DNA from: the human T2T-CHM13v2.0 reference genome, Homo sapiens
Assembly: GCF_009914755.1 (NCBI RefSeq)
Contig: NC_060935.1
DNA length: 64,000 bases
Reading direction: 5' to 3' (one strand)
Below, one piece after another: positions 1 to 12,555 of the stretch. The translations under genes and the position numbers were made by a program. A model generated the notes under the pieces. It had not been told where the DNA came from. It did not search any database and saw only the letters and a program-made list of their open reading frames with translations. The stretch's first letter is position 1, and each line of letters begins with the position of its first letter.

Positions 1-559
1 AGAATGTAAAACAAGAATGGAGAGTCGAAGTTGAAACTGAATGACCTACATGAGCATGGGAATTGTGCACTGTGTGCTGTCTAGGACTCATGATCCAAAA
101 TTATGTGGGGATAGTAATCAAGGACCCTGGCCTTATGTGCAGCAGATAGGTACAGTTGTCTTGTTGATAAATCCAAGAATTGAGAAAGGATGACCCATCT
201 CCATATAGGATTAGAAACATTCTTCTTCCTAGATTGGGAATGCAGTATGGTAACATGTCCTTCACTTGAGCTGTTCACCTGGGCTTTCAATGATAAAAGA
301 GCCATAATTTAAAAGTGGAAACCCTTATACTATACACAGGTATTGGGACTTTTCGCACTCATTTACAATGCTCAAATCCTGAGATGAAAAAACAACCCAT
401 GGGCAACCCAGGAGACCGTTTCACAGGCAGATATAAATACAAATTTAAATGCAAAGCCATTTCAGGGGAATTACATTAGAATCTATGGCATCAAACTACC
501 CTTTGGAAACAACTTCTGTAGAAGGTAAGCTCATCATTCAAAAATTTTTGTAATCAGAC

Positions 560-1180
560 ACCTTGAGGAAAAGTCAGAAGACACAAACAAAAGCATTCAT
601 ATTCATAAGAGGTAAAGAAAACAGATCATTCTCAAGAAAATGTTTTAAATGACTGTGTTTTAAAATGAATAGAGAACATGGTAAGAACAGAATCAATAAC
701 GTAATAAAAAGAAAATCTGGCAAAGGAACAAGCTAGTTTTTAGAAAATGTAATTTTAAAATAAGATACTTCTTTAGCATTGGATAGAAATGCTGAATACT
801 AGTCTATTTAGAGCTGAATTTACAGAGAATTCATAAATGAAAAATAGATTTGAGGAAATCCTCCAAAGCATAGATAAATTTTTTCAGAATATAAAATTAA
901 AATTAGGAAACAAGAACAATTAAATGAAGGTTTATAATTAATGTTTAATAGGAGTTCTGAAGAGGTGATTTCAAAGAGATAAAAGTAGCACATTTTTAGG
1001 AATAAAGAGAGACATTAGACCACAAAGATGAGATAAAAACCTTAAAACTGTGAGAATGAAAATGCAGATTACCTGTAATAGGTTGCAATAAGATACACAG
1101 CACATATTTTCATGTAACAAAAAAGAAAACAATGAAATATTATCCCAAAAAGCTGAATGTAAATATTATCCCCAAAAGCT
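560..1180 (+). mobile_element. Ancient L1M (L1ME/L1MC-type) ORF1 remnant, resuming at about 1620-1790 after the insert and Alu
   Basis: A-rich degenerate ORF1-like motifs (gatttgaggaaatc, atgtttaataggagttctgaag, aatgaaatattatc). Boundaries approximate. Confidence 0.55.
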
Positions 1181-1200
1181 GAAGTTCTCTAATATAATAA

Positions 1201-1598
<398 letters not shown>

Positions 1599-1989
1599 CC
1601 TGTTGAATTGTTTTAGATTAGATAAATGTGCTTCAACATTGTGAAATACAACAGTTTCACGAACACGAAGTCAAGTGACAGAATTTACAGCCCCCAATGA
1701 TTCAAAGATTGAATTTACTGAAAGGTGCAATTTGCTGAGAAAGAAAACAAAACCTTAAAAACAACTGGATTAAAAGGAAATGGTAAATAAGTCCTCAATG
1801 TATTAAAAAAACTTTTAAAAAGTAATCTGAAGGATTATATTTTATTTATTTATTTGCATTTTGATTATTTTTAACTTATTCCTTATATTTTAGCAGGTAA
1901 AAATATATCTCATTCCTCCTGAATGGTGACTAGTACATTTACCCATGCCCCTATTACTAGACATTCACTTCATTTTCATTTTGGAGTAA

Positions 1990-2400
1990 CTAAACAAACA
2001 ACTAACTTTGTACTAACATTTACCTATTTTTTCTTAATAGTACAGATGCCCAGAACTGTGATTTCTGGGTGAAATGCTATACATGGTTTAAATGAGAGGA
2101 TATGGCGTCCTCTTTATTTTTCAAAATTTATTAATATCAGCAATCCTAATCAGCAATACATTAAAGCGCTCCTTTATACTGAATTCCTGACAAGAGTAAG
2201 CACTCTTCATTATTTTGGGGAGAGTGTATTTTATAATCAATTGTGTTTTCCTGATATCTAGTAAGGGTTGAAATTCTGTTTTTACACATATGCCACTGGA
2301 ATTTCCTTTTCTAGGAATTACCTATTAATATTATTTGTTTTAATTTGTTTTTGGACTTTGGTCATATATTTTTGTATTTAAAACATTTACAAATTCATAA
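1990..2400 (-). mobile_element. Ancient L1ME fragment (ORF2 3' region)
   Basis: Degenerate antisense L1 motifs (cccagaactgtgatttctgggt, gttttcctgatatctagtaagggttgaa). Confidence 0.5.
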
Positions 2401-2659
2401 TTAATTTACAAATGGACTAAAATATGGCGTACTTATCCACCAGTTTATAAGTGGACCAAAATTTGTGGGTGTTTGCAGTATTCTATATTTATATCTAGAA
2501 GATATGTTAGTAAGTATGTCTATTTTTAAAACTAATTAAGTTTTACAATTTATTTATATTTTACTTTAACTTAAAAAGCCTCAAAGAAATACTTTATTCT
2601 GTCTACAGAATTCCAAAGGCCACTTAAATGCCAACATTAATGGCTTTCACTTTTTAAGT

Positions 2660-2900
2660 TAGTTATTTAAAGAAATTCTGCATTACTAATGCTTGTGGTG
2701 TCACAGAGGATGATATTGTAAAGAAAACCATGAATACCAGGGAATTCAATTCAAAAAATGATCCAGAAGAGACAAATTTTTAAGGTAAAGAAAGGTTAAA
2801 AGTGTCTATACAATGCTTTTGCTTATTTATAAACAGTGAGTGACTTACAGTAAAAAAAAAAATAGTGTGTTTTAGCTAAAACAATAATTAAACAACAATC
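2660..2900 (+). mobile_element. TcMar-Tigger/pogo DNA transposon fragment retaining the transposase C-terminus
   Basis: 2667-2783 translates LKKFCITNACGVTEDDIVKKTMNTREFNSKNDPEETNF*, resembling the pogo/Tigger C-terminal motif FKKCCITNALDGTEDD. Confidence 0.7.
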
Positions 2901-2979
2901 TGTTAACTATAAATTTCAAATAAAGAAATATATATGAACCTTATATTTGCCACATGCATGGCACATATTTTTACAATTT

Positions 2980-3460
2980 ATTTTTTGTCATTTGATTTTG
3001 TTTAATATATAGTTTGCATTATAAAAACAATTGTAAATATTTGTATAACTAAATCCTTTTCTTTAGAGATTTTGGGTTTTATATCCAACATTGGTGTGTT
3101 TACATGTGTCTGTGCATGTATGCATTTTTCTCCTCACATTTTTGTTTTATGTTTAGATATTTAATATATTTGAAATTTTGTCAAAATCATTTTTCTGTAG
3201 GTAAGCTGTGAGTTATGTGGTACTTTATTTTCTTTCAGTTGTACAAGCAAAATTTGCTAACTTCTATTTTTCCACTACATTGAAGTAATTGAAGTATAAT
3301 TTTTTGATATATTACATTTCCATATATGCAGTGTTTTTTTCCTGAACTTTCCTTTGTGCCTCACATATCTATGTTTTGATGTCTGCATCAATATTGTATT
3401 GTTAAAAAGTGAGTATATTGTTTATTTTAATATATCATGATGCAAGTTGTCTCCCAACAT
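2980..3460 (-). mobile_element. Ancient L1ME ORF2 fragment
   Basis: T-rich antisense L1 remnants (catatatgcagtgtttttttcctgaactttc, tatatcatgatgcaag). Confidence 0.45.
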
Positions 3461-3499
3461 CCTTTAAAAAGAAAAACAAAATTTTAAAACTTGTTTAAC

Positions 3500-3960
3500 T
3501 TAATATGAAGATTAAATTATAAACATAGCCTATAAAAGATTAGGAGGAGTATGTCCTTGGAATATAGTATGGATGGAGGGAGTGAATAAAATATTAATAC
3601 AATGGAAGTCAGGAAAAGAGAAAATAAGAAGCATAGAAAAGTCACAGAACACAGTAAATACACAAGCCAGATGCTAAAACATCATGGGAATCATGAGGGA
3701 CATTGACTTAGAGAATAAATCTGACAAATTGATTATGCAAGTAATAAGTTTAGCAGAGAAAAATGACCCTGTTTTCAGAAAGTCAAGAATACATAATATT
3801 CAAATTTCTAAGCACATTTGGAATATTTTACAAATTGGACACATACAACACCACAAAGTTCTTAACACATCCCAAAGAATGATTAATATGTTAGATACAA
3901 CATATTCTTTGACCACAAAATTATACAATTAAAATTATAAATTTTATAATTCCTTCTCAA
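3500..3960 (+). mobile_element. L1M ORF2 endonuclease-domain remnant
   Basis: tttctaagcacatttggaatattttacaaattggacacata...ttctttgaccacaaa corresponds to the degenerate EN motif region (FSSAHGTFSKIDH...FSDHN). Explains ORF 3684-3932. Confidence 0.65.
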
Positions 3961-4419
3961 AACTTAAGAGTACATAATAATAAGATACTTAAATAGATGT
4001 TGAAGCCATAGATACCTACCTAAAAATGTATATATTTTTATGAATTATTAATTACACACCCAACTCTTAGGATCTGTTTTCTATTGAAGTAACATTGATT
4101 CCTCTAAGCTTGTAATTCTCCAAAGTAAGTTAACTGAGAAAGAAAGTCCACATTATAGAAATTCAACTTACATATATTTTTATGTATCTACTCAATAATA
4201 CATGAAATAAAGCAAATCAAAATCTGATCTATTTTCCCACTCCTTTTCTTCAGGCAATTTTACATTTCCAACATAAAGAGACCATTAAAAAAGATGCAGA
4301 TCCCTCAATAACATCACAGTTTTACAACTTCACAGCAAGAATGTCACCCTGACTTCCTTGCCTTTTCTTATACATGCTTGTGTTTCCTATACCTTTGCTT
4401 GCTCTTGAGCCTGCTATTC

Positions 4420-4630
4420 TCAGTGCTTAGAATGGAAAGAGCATCGGATTGAAGTTTATCCCAATTCTACCATTTAACTATTGGATAATATTAGGTACAA
4501 GGATTAACTTGTTTGATTTATTATTTTCTAATAGTAGAGATAATTTCTAACAGTAGAGATAATTATAAAACTGTGACTGTTTTCAGAAATAAATGACATA
4601 ATTTGGTGGTAAACATTAGGTACTTAAGAA
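4420..4630 (+). mobile_element. MIR SINE with an internal 19 bp tandem duplication (4526-4563)
   Basis: Degenerate MIR core (aatggaaagagcatcgga...cccaattctaccatttaacta). ttctaa(t/c)agtagagataat occurs twice. Confidence 0.55.
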
Positions 4631-6108
4631 ATTCCAGTTGTGTCCAGACAGACTTCTCTGATTGGCAAATTATTTATTTTTAAAATCCAAAATCCATGTT
4701 ACTGCTTTTGATGAGAATTCGCTGGTATCTTCTATAGCTCTTTCTATTCCCAGCTCAATGTAGAAATGAGGATTTCTTCCCATGTCTATCCCACTGTCTT
4801 TGTGTATTCATTTGCTCTACAAAAAACAAATGCTCACCCTGTTTTTTGCTTAAATTTCTTTTCTGTCTTCCCCTACAATGGTGAAATCTGCAAGTATAAG
4901 CTCTATACTCTGGCCAGTGTTTGATATAGGATTGCAAGAAACAACTGTCATATGGGAAGCTTTTACAAAGAGGGGAAGCAACCTTGTTGGGTTAAGTACT
5001 AAAGAATTTTGAGAACCACGATGAAGTTGATCTCAGCATAATTTTTAAAAACAGATTACATAATGTTTGCAGTACTGTGACCCTAAGAGTACAATAAACT
5101 AAGAGCGTTGTTGCAGGCAAGTTAGATGGGGCCAAAGTTCCAAATGAGAAGATTAGAATTATGTATGCTCTGCTTTTAGTTATCATGGTTATGGGTGCTC
5201 TAACCACGTTCATTGATATTTAAAGGGAAAACAAATAAAGACATTGAAAAAGTCATAACTGTTTAACAACAAAAAAAGAAAAGCTATAAATTTAAACTTT
5301 TAATCACAAAGCTTATAATGATTTAAATGTTTAAGTGGAATATTTTGTGTATTATATATAAAATATTGCAGTTGTCCCAACAAGGTAAAAAATAGGTTGG
5401 GTACTGGCACTTTTGTAACTAATTTTACCCTAGAAAATAACAACACTTTCTGGTTGAGAAGGGAGACTTTTTGTTTTGTTTGTTTGTTTTTTGTGTTACT
5501 AATTTTGTTTTTTGAGACTGTCACTAACAGATTTGATCCCAACATGATAGAAACTTTAAGAGTAATCTGATTGTTACCTTGAAGACAGCCTCAGTCATAT
5601 TCTAGCATGTATCTTCAATGCCATCGATAGTATTTGTGCGTAATAAATGTTTAATAGATGCCCATGAAAGTATAAATTAATGCACTAAAGAAAGGAGGAA
5701 GGAGGAATAAAGAAGGAATAAATATTACTGATGATGATGCCATTGATGTTGGTAATGATTGTATGGAAAGACAGGCTACAGAAAATAGCATCTAAGGGCC
5801 AAGTTTTCTAATATAACAATTTGATTAGGAGAACCTAGGTCTAGAAAGTCAGCTTTGGAGATTGGGCAGAAAAGATTACATCAAAGTCTTCAAAAATTTT
5901 TCAAGTTCCATTGGTAAATAAATGAAGAAACAAAAGACAAATGCGACTCAGGATTCCAGTGTGGGAGCTAGGATTAAGTTGGTGTCACTGATTAAAGCAA
6001 GTAAGAAAAAACATGAAGTGAACCTTGCAGACCAAGTGGCCATTTAGTTTTGAAATTGTTTCATTCAAAGATGAAATAATGATAGAAAAATTATGAGAAA
6101 TAGCTTAT

Positions 6109-6557
6109 ATATCAGTTACTGTTGCAATAACACAATATGACATTCTACAAATCAAAGTGCTTTAAAACAACAACCCGACATTCTCATGCTCACCGTCCTG
6201 TGGGTTAGCTGGAACAGAGCTGATACAGGCTGATCTCATCTGGGCATGGCTCCAAGCCATGGACTGTGTTCAGCTCTGCTTCACACAGTCTCCTATTCCT
6301 CTAGGACCAGCAGACCACCTGGGGCAGAATTTCTCATGGATACGACAAAATCCAAAAATGGCAAAAGAAACACACAATGTTTGTTAAGGCTCATAACTCA
6401 CACAGTATCCTTTCCTCCAATATTGCATTAGCCAAACAATTGGTTAGCTGAATTCAACACAATGGGGTGGAGAAATACACTCTAATTAGAGAAACTGCAA
6501 AGTCACACAGCAAAGGATGTGGATTCGGGGAGAGGTGAAGAATTACAGTCTTCCACA
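6109..6557 (-). mobile_element. MaLR solo LTR, MLT1H-like
   Basis: Reverse complement begins tgtggaagactgtaattcttcacctctccccgaatccacatcctttgctgtgtgactttgcag, matching MLT1H-type 5' ends. Other end ...tgcaacagtaactgatat. Confidence 0.8.
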
Positions 6558-6655
6558 TTCTACTTTAAATAAATGACTGAAATTCAGTTAAAAGTGAAGC
6601 CTAAACTAGCAGGGTTATTAATGCAAGAAATACTTTGCGAACACCAATATATATC

Positions 6656-6690
6656 CATCAACATCATCATCATCATCATCATCGTCATCA
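6656..6690. repeat. (CAT)n microsatellite
   Basis: catcaacatcatcatcatcatcatcatcgtcatca. Confidence 0.9.
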
Positions 6691-7289
6691 GTGATAGATA
6701 ATATAGGTCTTTGTTCTGTTTCCTACTGTATTGCTTCCCAATACTATACAGATTACCTAAATTTGTTTAGTCTGCTGTGGTTATACTTTCAGATTTTCCT
6801 TGAGAGTTGATCATTTTTTTCTATAATTCCAGCTAGCTGTGGGCAAAGATTTTTTCTATAAAAGATCTCTCACCACCACCATATTACCATTAGCTATCTG
6901 ATTTTGAGTATTATGGCAGCCAAGCCATACTCTCTAAAATGGATTGGATTTTCTATGAATAATAATACTGTTATGAATTAGTTTTCCATTAATTCATATA
7001 GCTCTCTTAGATATTTTCTACTATTTTCTAATATGTAATATCTGTGCACTTTGTCATTCACATGATCTTTTCGTATAAATCAGACCAAGACAACCATCAG
7101 TACCCAAAGTACGATTCAGAATTTTCAGCTTTAATTGCATCTTTCCCAACACATTTTGCTTCATAGACCAGTTCATTTTTGTACATAACTTTGGCAAATA
7201 ATGACAAGGAGATGTAGGCCCATTTTAATTATTACTGTGGCTGCACGCATATGCAGCCTGTTGGCAACTTGCCCATTGTATAGCTTTCT

Positions 7290-8018
<729 letters not shown>

Positions 8019-8192
8019 CCTTCCTTCCTTCCTTCCTTCCTTTCCTTCCTTCCTTCCTTCCTTCCTTCCTTCCTTCCTTCCTTCCTTCCTTCCTTCTTTC
8101 CTTCCTTCCTTCCCTTCTTTCTTCCTTTCTTCCTTTTTTCCTTCCTTCTTTTCTTCCTTTCTCTTTTCTTTTTTTCTTTTCTGTTCTTTCTT
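8019..8192. repeat. (CCTT)n/CT-rich polypyrimidine microsatellite
   Basis: About 170 bp almost purely pyrimidine. Explains the PSFL/EGRK ORFs. Confidence 0.95.
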
Positions 8193-8196
8193 CTAT

Positions 8197-8691
8197 TGTG
8201 ATAGGCAGAACCCACATCTTAATCCTCAGAACAAGAGAATATATTAGGTTACCTGGAAAAAAAGATTGAAGGTTGTGGATGGATTTGGTGATTGCTAATC
8301 AGGTGACATTAAGATAAAAACAATTATGCTGAATCATTTGGATGGGCACACTGGAATTAGGTGGGTGCCTAAAAGTGAAAAGAGGATGGCAAAAGTTTAG
8401 TCAGTCAAATAAAGATGTAACTATGGAGGAAAGGCACAGAGGATTCAACACTGCTGACTCTGAAGATGGAAGGGGGCTATGAAATAAGGAATGTTGGTCA
8501 CCTCTAGAAGGAGCAAAGGGCAAGGAAATGGATTCTGCACTAGAGCCTTTAAAAGAAACATAGCCCTGCCAACACCTGGATTTTATTCTAGTGAGACTTT
8601 CAACCTAAAGAACAGAAAGATAGTAGACTTGTCTTGTTTAAGCTTCCAAATTGGTGGTAAATTTTTACAGCAGCAACAGGGAACTAATATA
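8197..8691 (+). mobile_element. MaLR solo LTR, MLT1D
   Basis: Begins tgtgataggcagaa, contains tgaagatggaagggggc and aaggaaatggattct, ends cagcagcaacagggaactaatata. 5 bp TSD tctat/tcaat. Confidence 0.9.
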
Positions 8692-9639
8692 TCAATGCAT
8701 GCGTGTTTTGCACAAATATGTCATTCGTATTTAGAAATGCCACATTAAGATGAAATCAGTTTCATATTGCATTCTAAATGATCCTAATAGAAAAATTTTA
8801 CATGATTTTATGATCAGTTCATTTTTTAATTATTTTGAATCCATAGACTTCTTTTGTATTTCCTTTGACAAATAGTTTGGGGCTTTAAAAAGTTGCTGAG
8901 CCAATTACTCATCTAAAAGTTTTTCTGAAGCTCATGGTTTATTCAAGTCATTCAATTAACAATTTAACTCAATTAACATTTACTTAGTGCCTAGCATGCT
9001 CATGGCATTACAGAAAATGGAAATGGAAATGACTTTGAAACAATTTATTTTGACCATAAAAATATCAAAGTCCTTTAACATGTAGGTCATGGATTACTGG
9101 GCAGTAGTAGCTAAGAGTTCACAGATAATGGCAAACAGATAAAATACTTTCAAATATACAGCAGATTTAACTTTCATTTTGGATTCTTTGCTACCAGAAG
9201 TGCAGGAAAAATACTAAAAGTAAAATCAAGGACATCTTAAGATGGCTTTAATTAACATTCTTAGTAATGTAACAAACAGACCTAAGAAATAACAAATTAG
9301 TGTCATTAATTTTTTTAATTGTTTAAACTTTGGAATTAAATATTTCACTACTTTAGTTTTTGGGTTGTTTTTGTTTTTTACTATGCAGTACTTAAGAAAC
9401 AATATAGAAACACAGTCCAAAAACAAAAACACTGTATCTCAGTGACTGTAAACATTGTGGTATGTTTTTAAATATATGTATATAAATAAATATAAATATA
9501 TATTTTAAGTCATAATTTAATATAGTAAATGCCATTGAATACTTCTAGGTATTAAAATATTTGCCTTTTCTAACTGCCCATATGTTTGAAAATATTTTCA
9601 ATGGTTTTAAATTGTTAGCTCAGATGTAGGACACATCCA

Positions 9640-9790
9640 GAAAAGAGAGAGAATAAGTGAGAGAGAAAGAAAAGAAAGAACAGAGAAAAGAATGAATGAA
9701 AGAAAGAGAGAGAAGAAAGGAAGGAAGGAAAGAAGGCAGGCAGAGAGGGAGGGAGGAAGAGAGGGAGGAAGGGAGAAAGGGAAGAAAGGA
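9640..9790. repeat. GA-rich polypurine low-complexity tract
   Basis: (GGAA)/(GAAA)/(GA) mosaic. Confidence 0.9.
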
Positions 9791-9794
9791 TCCT

Positions 9795-9930
9795 AATGTC
9801 TGTTTAATCTTGTGCCAGAAAATCTTGCTAGGTAGTTTACCTCTTTTAAATATTCATAATAAGAATAACTCTTACCTTAAATATTATTTTTGCAGTCTTT
9901 CTGGTAAGGACAGTGAGGCTCACAGAGACC
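9795..9930 (-). mobile_element. MIR fragment
   Basis: tgtgccagaaaatcttgctagg...taaggacagtgaggctcacagag is the antisense MIR core. Confidence 0.6.
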
Positions 9931-10292
9931 CATTGGAGAGACCGTGCCTGCTTATGCAATCATGTTGGTATTTATTTGGAGCACTTAAAAGCCATTCTAC
10001 ACAGAATCATTTGGGCTTCATGGAAGTTTATATTGCTTTATGTACTATTTAACAGCAAATATCAAATAACTAGTTTCACTTTGGGGAAGAAAATTTAGGT
10101 GTAATCTACTTTATGAAGGTGATACAGTTCTGAAAATATAAGGATTTTTCACTTGTATTTTACATTTGTATCATATAATAAGTTATAGGCAAATTTACCA
10201 TCTGAAAAACACAGTAAATCCTTTGTATGTTTAAAGATCTCATTATAAAGGCAATATTAGCTGTAATTGCAGATTTTCATGTAACATTTCTT

Positions 10293-10607
10293 TTTTTTTT
10301 GGGTGGGGGGTGGTGGTGGGACAGAGTATCACTCTGTCTCCAAGGTTGGAGTGCAATGGCGTGATCTCGGCTCACTGCAACCTCTGCCTCCTGGTTCAAG
10401 TGATTCTCCTCCTATCAAGTGATAGGCCTCCCGAGTAGCTGGGATTACAGGCATGTGCCAGCACGTCCGGCTAATTTTTTGTATTTTTAGTAGAGATGGG
10501 TTTTGCCATGTTGGCCACACTAGTCTTGAACTCCTGACCTCAGGTGATCCACCCGACTCAGCCTCCCAAAATGCTGGGATTACAGGCGTGAGCCACCAAG
10601 CCCGGCC
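10293..10607 (-). mobile_element. AluS with altered G-rich tail and internal micro-palindrome
   Basis: Full dimer. TSD tcatgtaacatttctt (10277-10292) vs tcatataacatttctt (10608-10623). Confidence 0.97.
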
Positions 10608-12239
10608 TCATATAACATTTCTTAAGGCAAGTGCCATTCCATCTATGTCATATCTCTACTGTTGCTTTTATAAACTTATAAAATTTCTCATTTGAGCCAT
10701 GACTTGAAAAGATTATAAATTAATCCAAAATAAATTTGCTTCTGTAGTACACTTCTATATAGACATTTTTAATTTTAAAAGTTTTATCACAATGCTCTAT
10801 CTCAATACAAATATACTTCATAACAATTTATTGACTTAACATTAAGGAAAAATGTCTGTGCAATTGTTCATGCAAAGGTAATCGTTAATTCTCTCAGATT
10901 CTTGAAAGATAAAACATCACAATTCAAAGATTTCATAAAATGCTATTTGTTCTCAATTTCTAAAGCAGTGTTTTTAAATTCTTGACAGAATGGAGACAGA
11001 AAAACCATACATATCTAGGTCTGAGAAATACCCCAAATTAATATAGTGTATTGCTCTCCACCTGATACTGTTTTTTGCATACATGTGACTAAAGAAAATG
11101 TTAGGGTTTGAGATCACTTATTCCTTTTTTTCCCCTCTAACAGTTACAAGTCTTCATGTTATTGAACCTAATATTGACATACCTCCTCCCTATTGCAGAA
11201 TTATTAAACTAGCTCTCAAAGGAAATTTAAAATTATAGGGAAAATGATAACTTTCTTTTTTCTTTTGCCATTTTCTCAGAAAATCACGACTAGCTTCTGG
11301 CCATGACAAAAGTTATGTCAGCATCATTATGCAACACCTGTGATCAGTGTGCAATGGAAGAGCTTAAGAGCCAGAACTGAATATATAACTGAAAAGTTTC
11401 TATACAATGTTAAATGTGCTGCTCAATCCCCTAAAGTTAAGTAAATGGCCTGCAGTGAGGTTTGAAGAAAGCTCTGCAACAGCATGAATATAGTGGCATG
11501 AGAGCTGGCGCGGAGGTATTCAGATATGAACTCTCTTTGCTTCTAAATGTTAAGCCTACAGTTCCTTGCACTTTTATTTCTGAGGCATTTTAAGCTTATT
11601 GTGCTGAACAGTTGTGCTTTCTAAGCTTGATTGACATTCCAGAAAATATTGATCCGAGTGTTGGGTGAGCTTACTTTCTATTAAAAAGTGCTCATCACAT
11701 GGCATTAGGCTCACTCAGTCCAAAATGTCAGAGAATTGCACTTTTTAACAAAAATCTTATATTTATTTTAAAATCAAACTTACCAATAATTTATAATCAG
11801 AATTTGAAGTGTAGTATGAACACTTTGCTTCTTTAGAATTGATTTAGAATAAAAATCTGACAAACTCAAATTAATAAGCAAACAAACAAAAAAAATCTCC
11901 AAGAAACCACTGTAAAGAAAAAGTGTTTTCTTGGTCACTGAATAGTATTAAAATTCCCTGGAAAAGGAGAATTTCTTTTAGCAAATCATATTTCTCATAT
12001 GTTCTTTTATACCTGTTCTGATATAGGACAGCCATTTCCATAACCCTCCCCCTCTAGATCCATCTCTACCTGCTCTAGAAGAGGTTTGCTCTCAAGACCC
12101 AGAGCTTACCGAGACTTCCCTTAGCTCCCCAAGATTGTGTCTGCTGTAGCAATACCAGGAAGTAATTCGTTTCTTCCTCGGTTTTCTCTTCTGTTTTACT
12201 GGATCACCGTCTCAAATTACTTCCAAAGAAAATGTTTGT

Positions 12240-12555
12240 TGGACAAAGGGTACAAAGGTTCAACCATGCAGGATGAATAAATTCTGGAGATCTAATGCAC
12301 ATCATTATGACTATAGCTATTGGCACTGCATTGTATACTTGAAATTTGCAAAGAAATTATACATAAAATGTTCTCACACACTCTCTTTCCCACGCAAAAG
12401 GGTAACTATGTGAAGTGATTGATATGTTAATTAGCTTGACTGTAGTAAACATTTGACAATGTATATCTATATCAAAAAATTATATTGCATGCCATAAATA
12501 TATACAGTTTTTATTTCTCAATTGTACATCAATAAAGCTGAAAAAAAATAAAAAG
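12240..12555 (+). mobile_element. L1MA (MA8/9-like) 3' end, inserted in an older antisense L1M/HAL1-like remnant
   Basis: aaagggtacaaag...gatgaataaattctggagatctaatg...gatatgttaattagcttgactgt...caataaagctgaaaaaaa. Confidence 0.88.

Noticed and set aside
3188-3206. catttttctgtag|gtaagc, a recursive-splice-site-like motif on the plus strand
   Set aside because: Short pyrimidine tract, lies within a decayed antisense L1, and there is no evidence of a host transcript; plausible by chance.
9473-9495. About 23 nt match to about 21085-21107
   Set aside because: TA-rich low complexity; not evidence of duplication.
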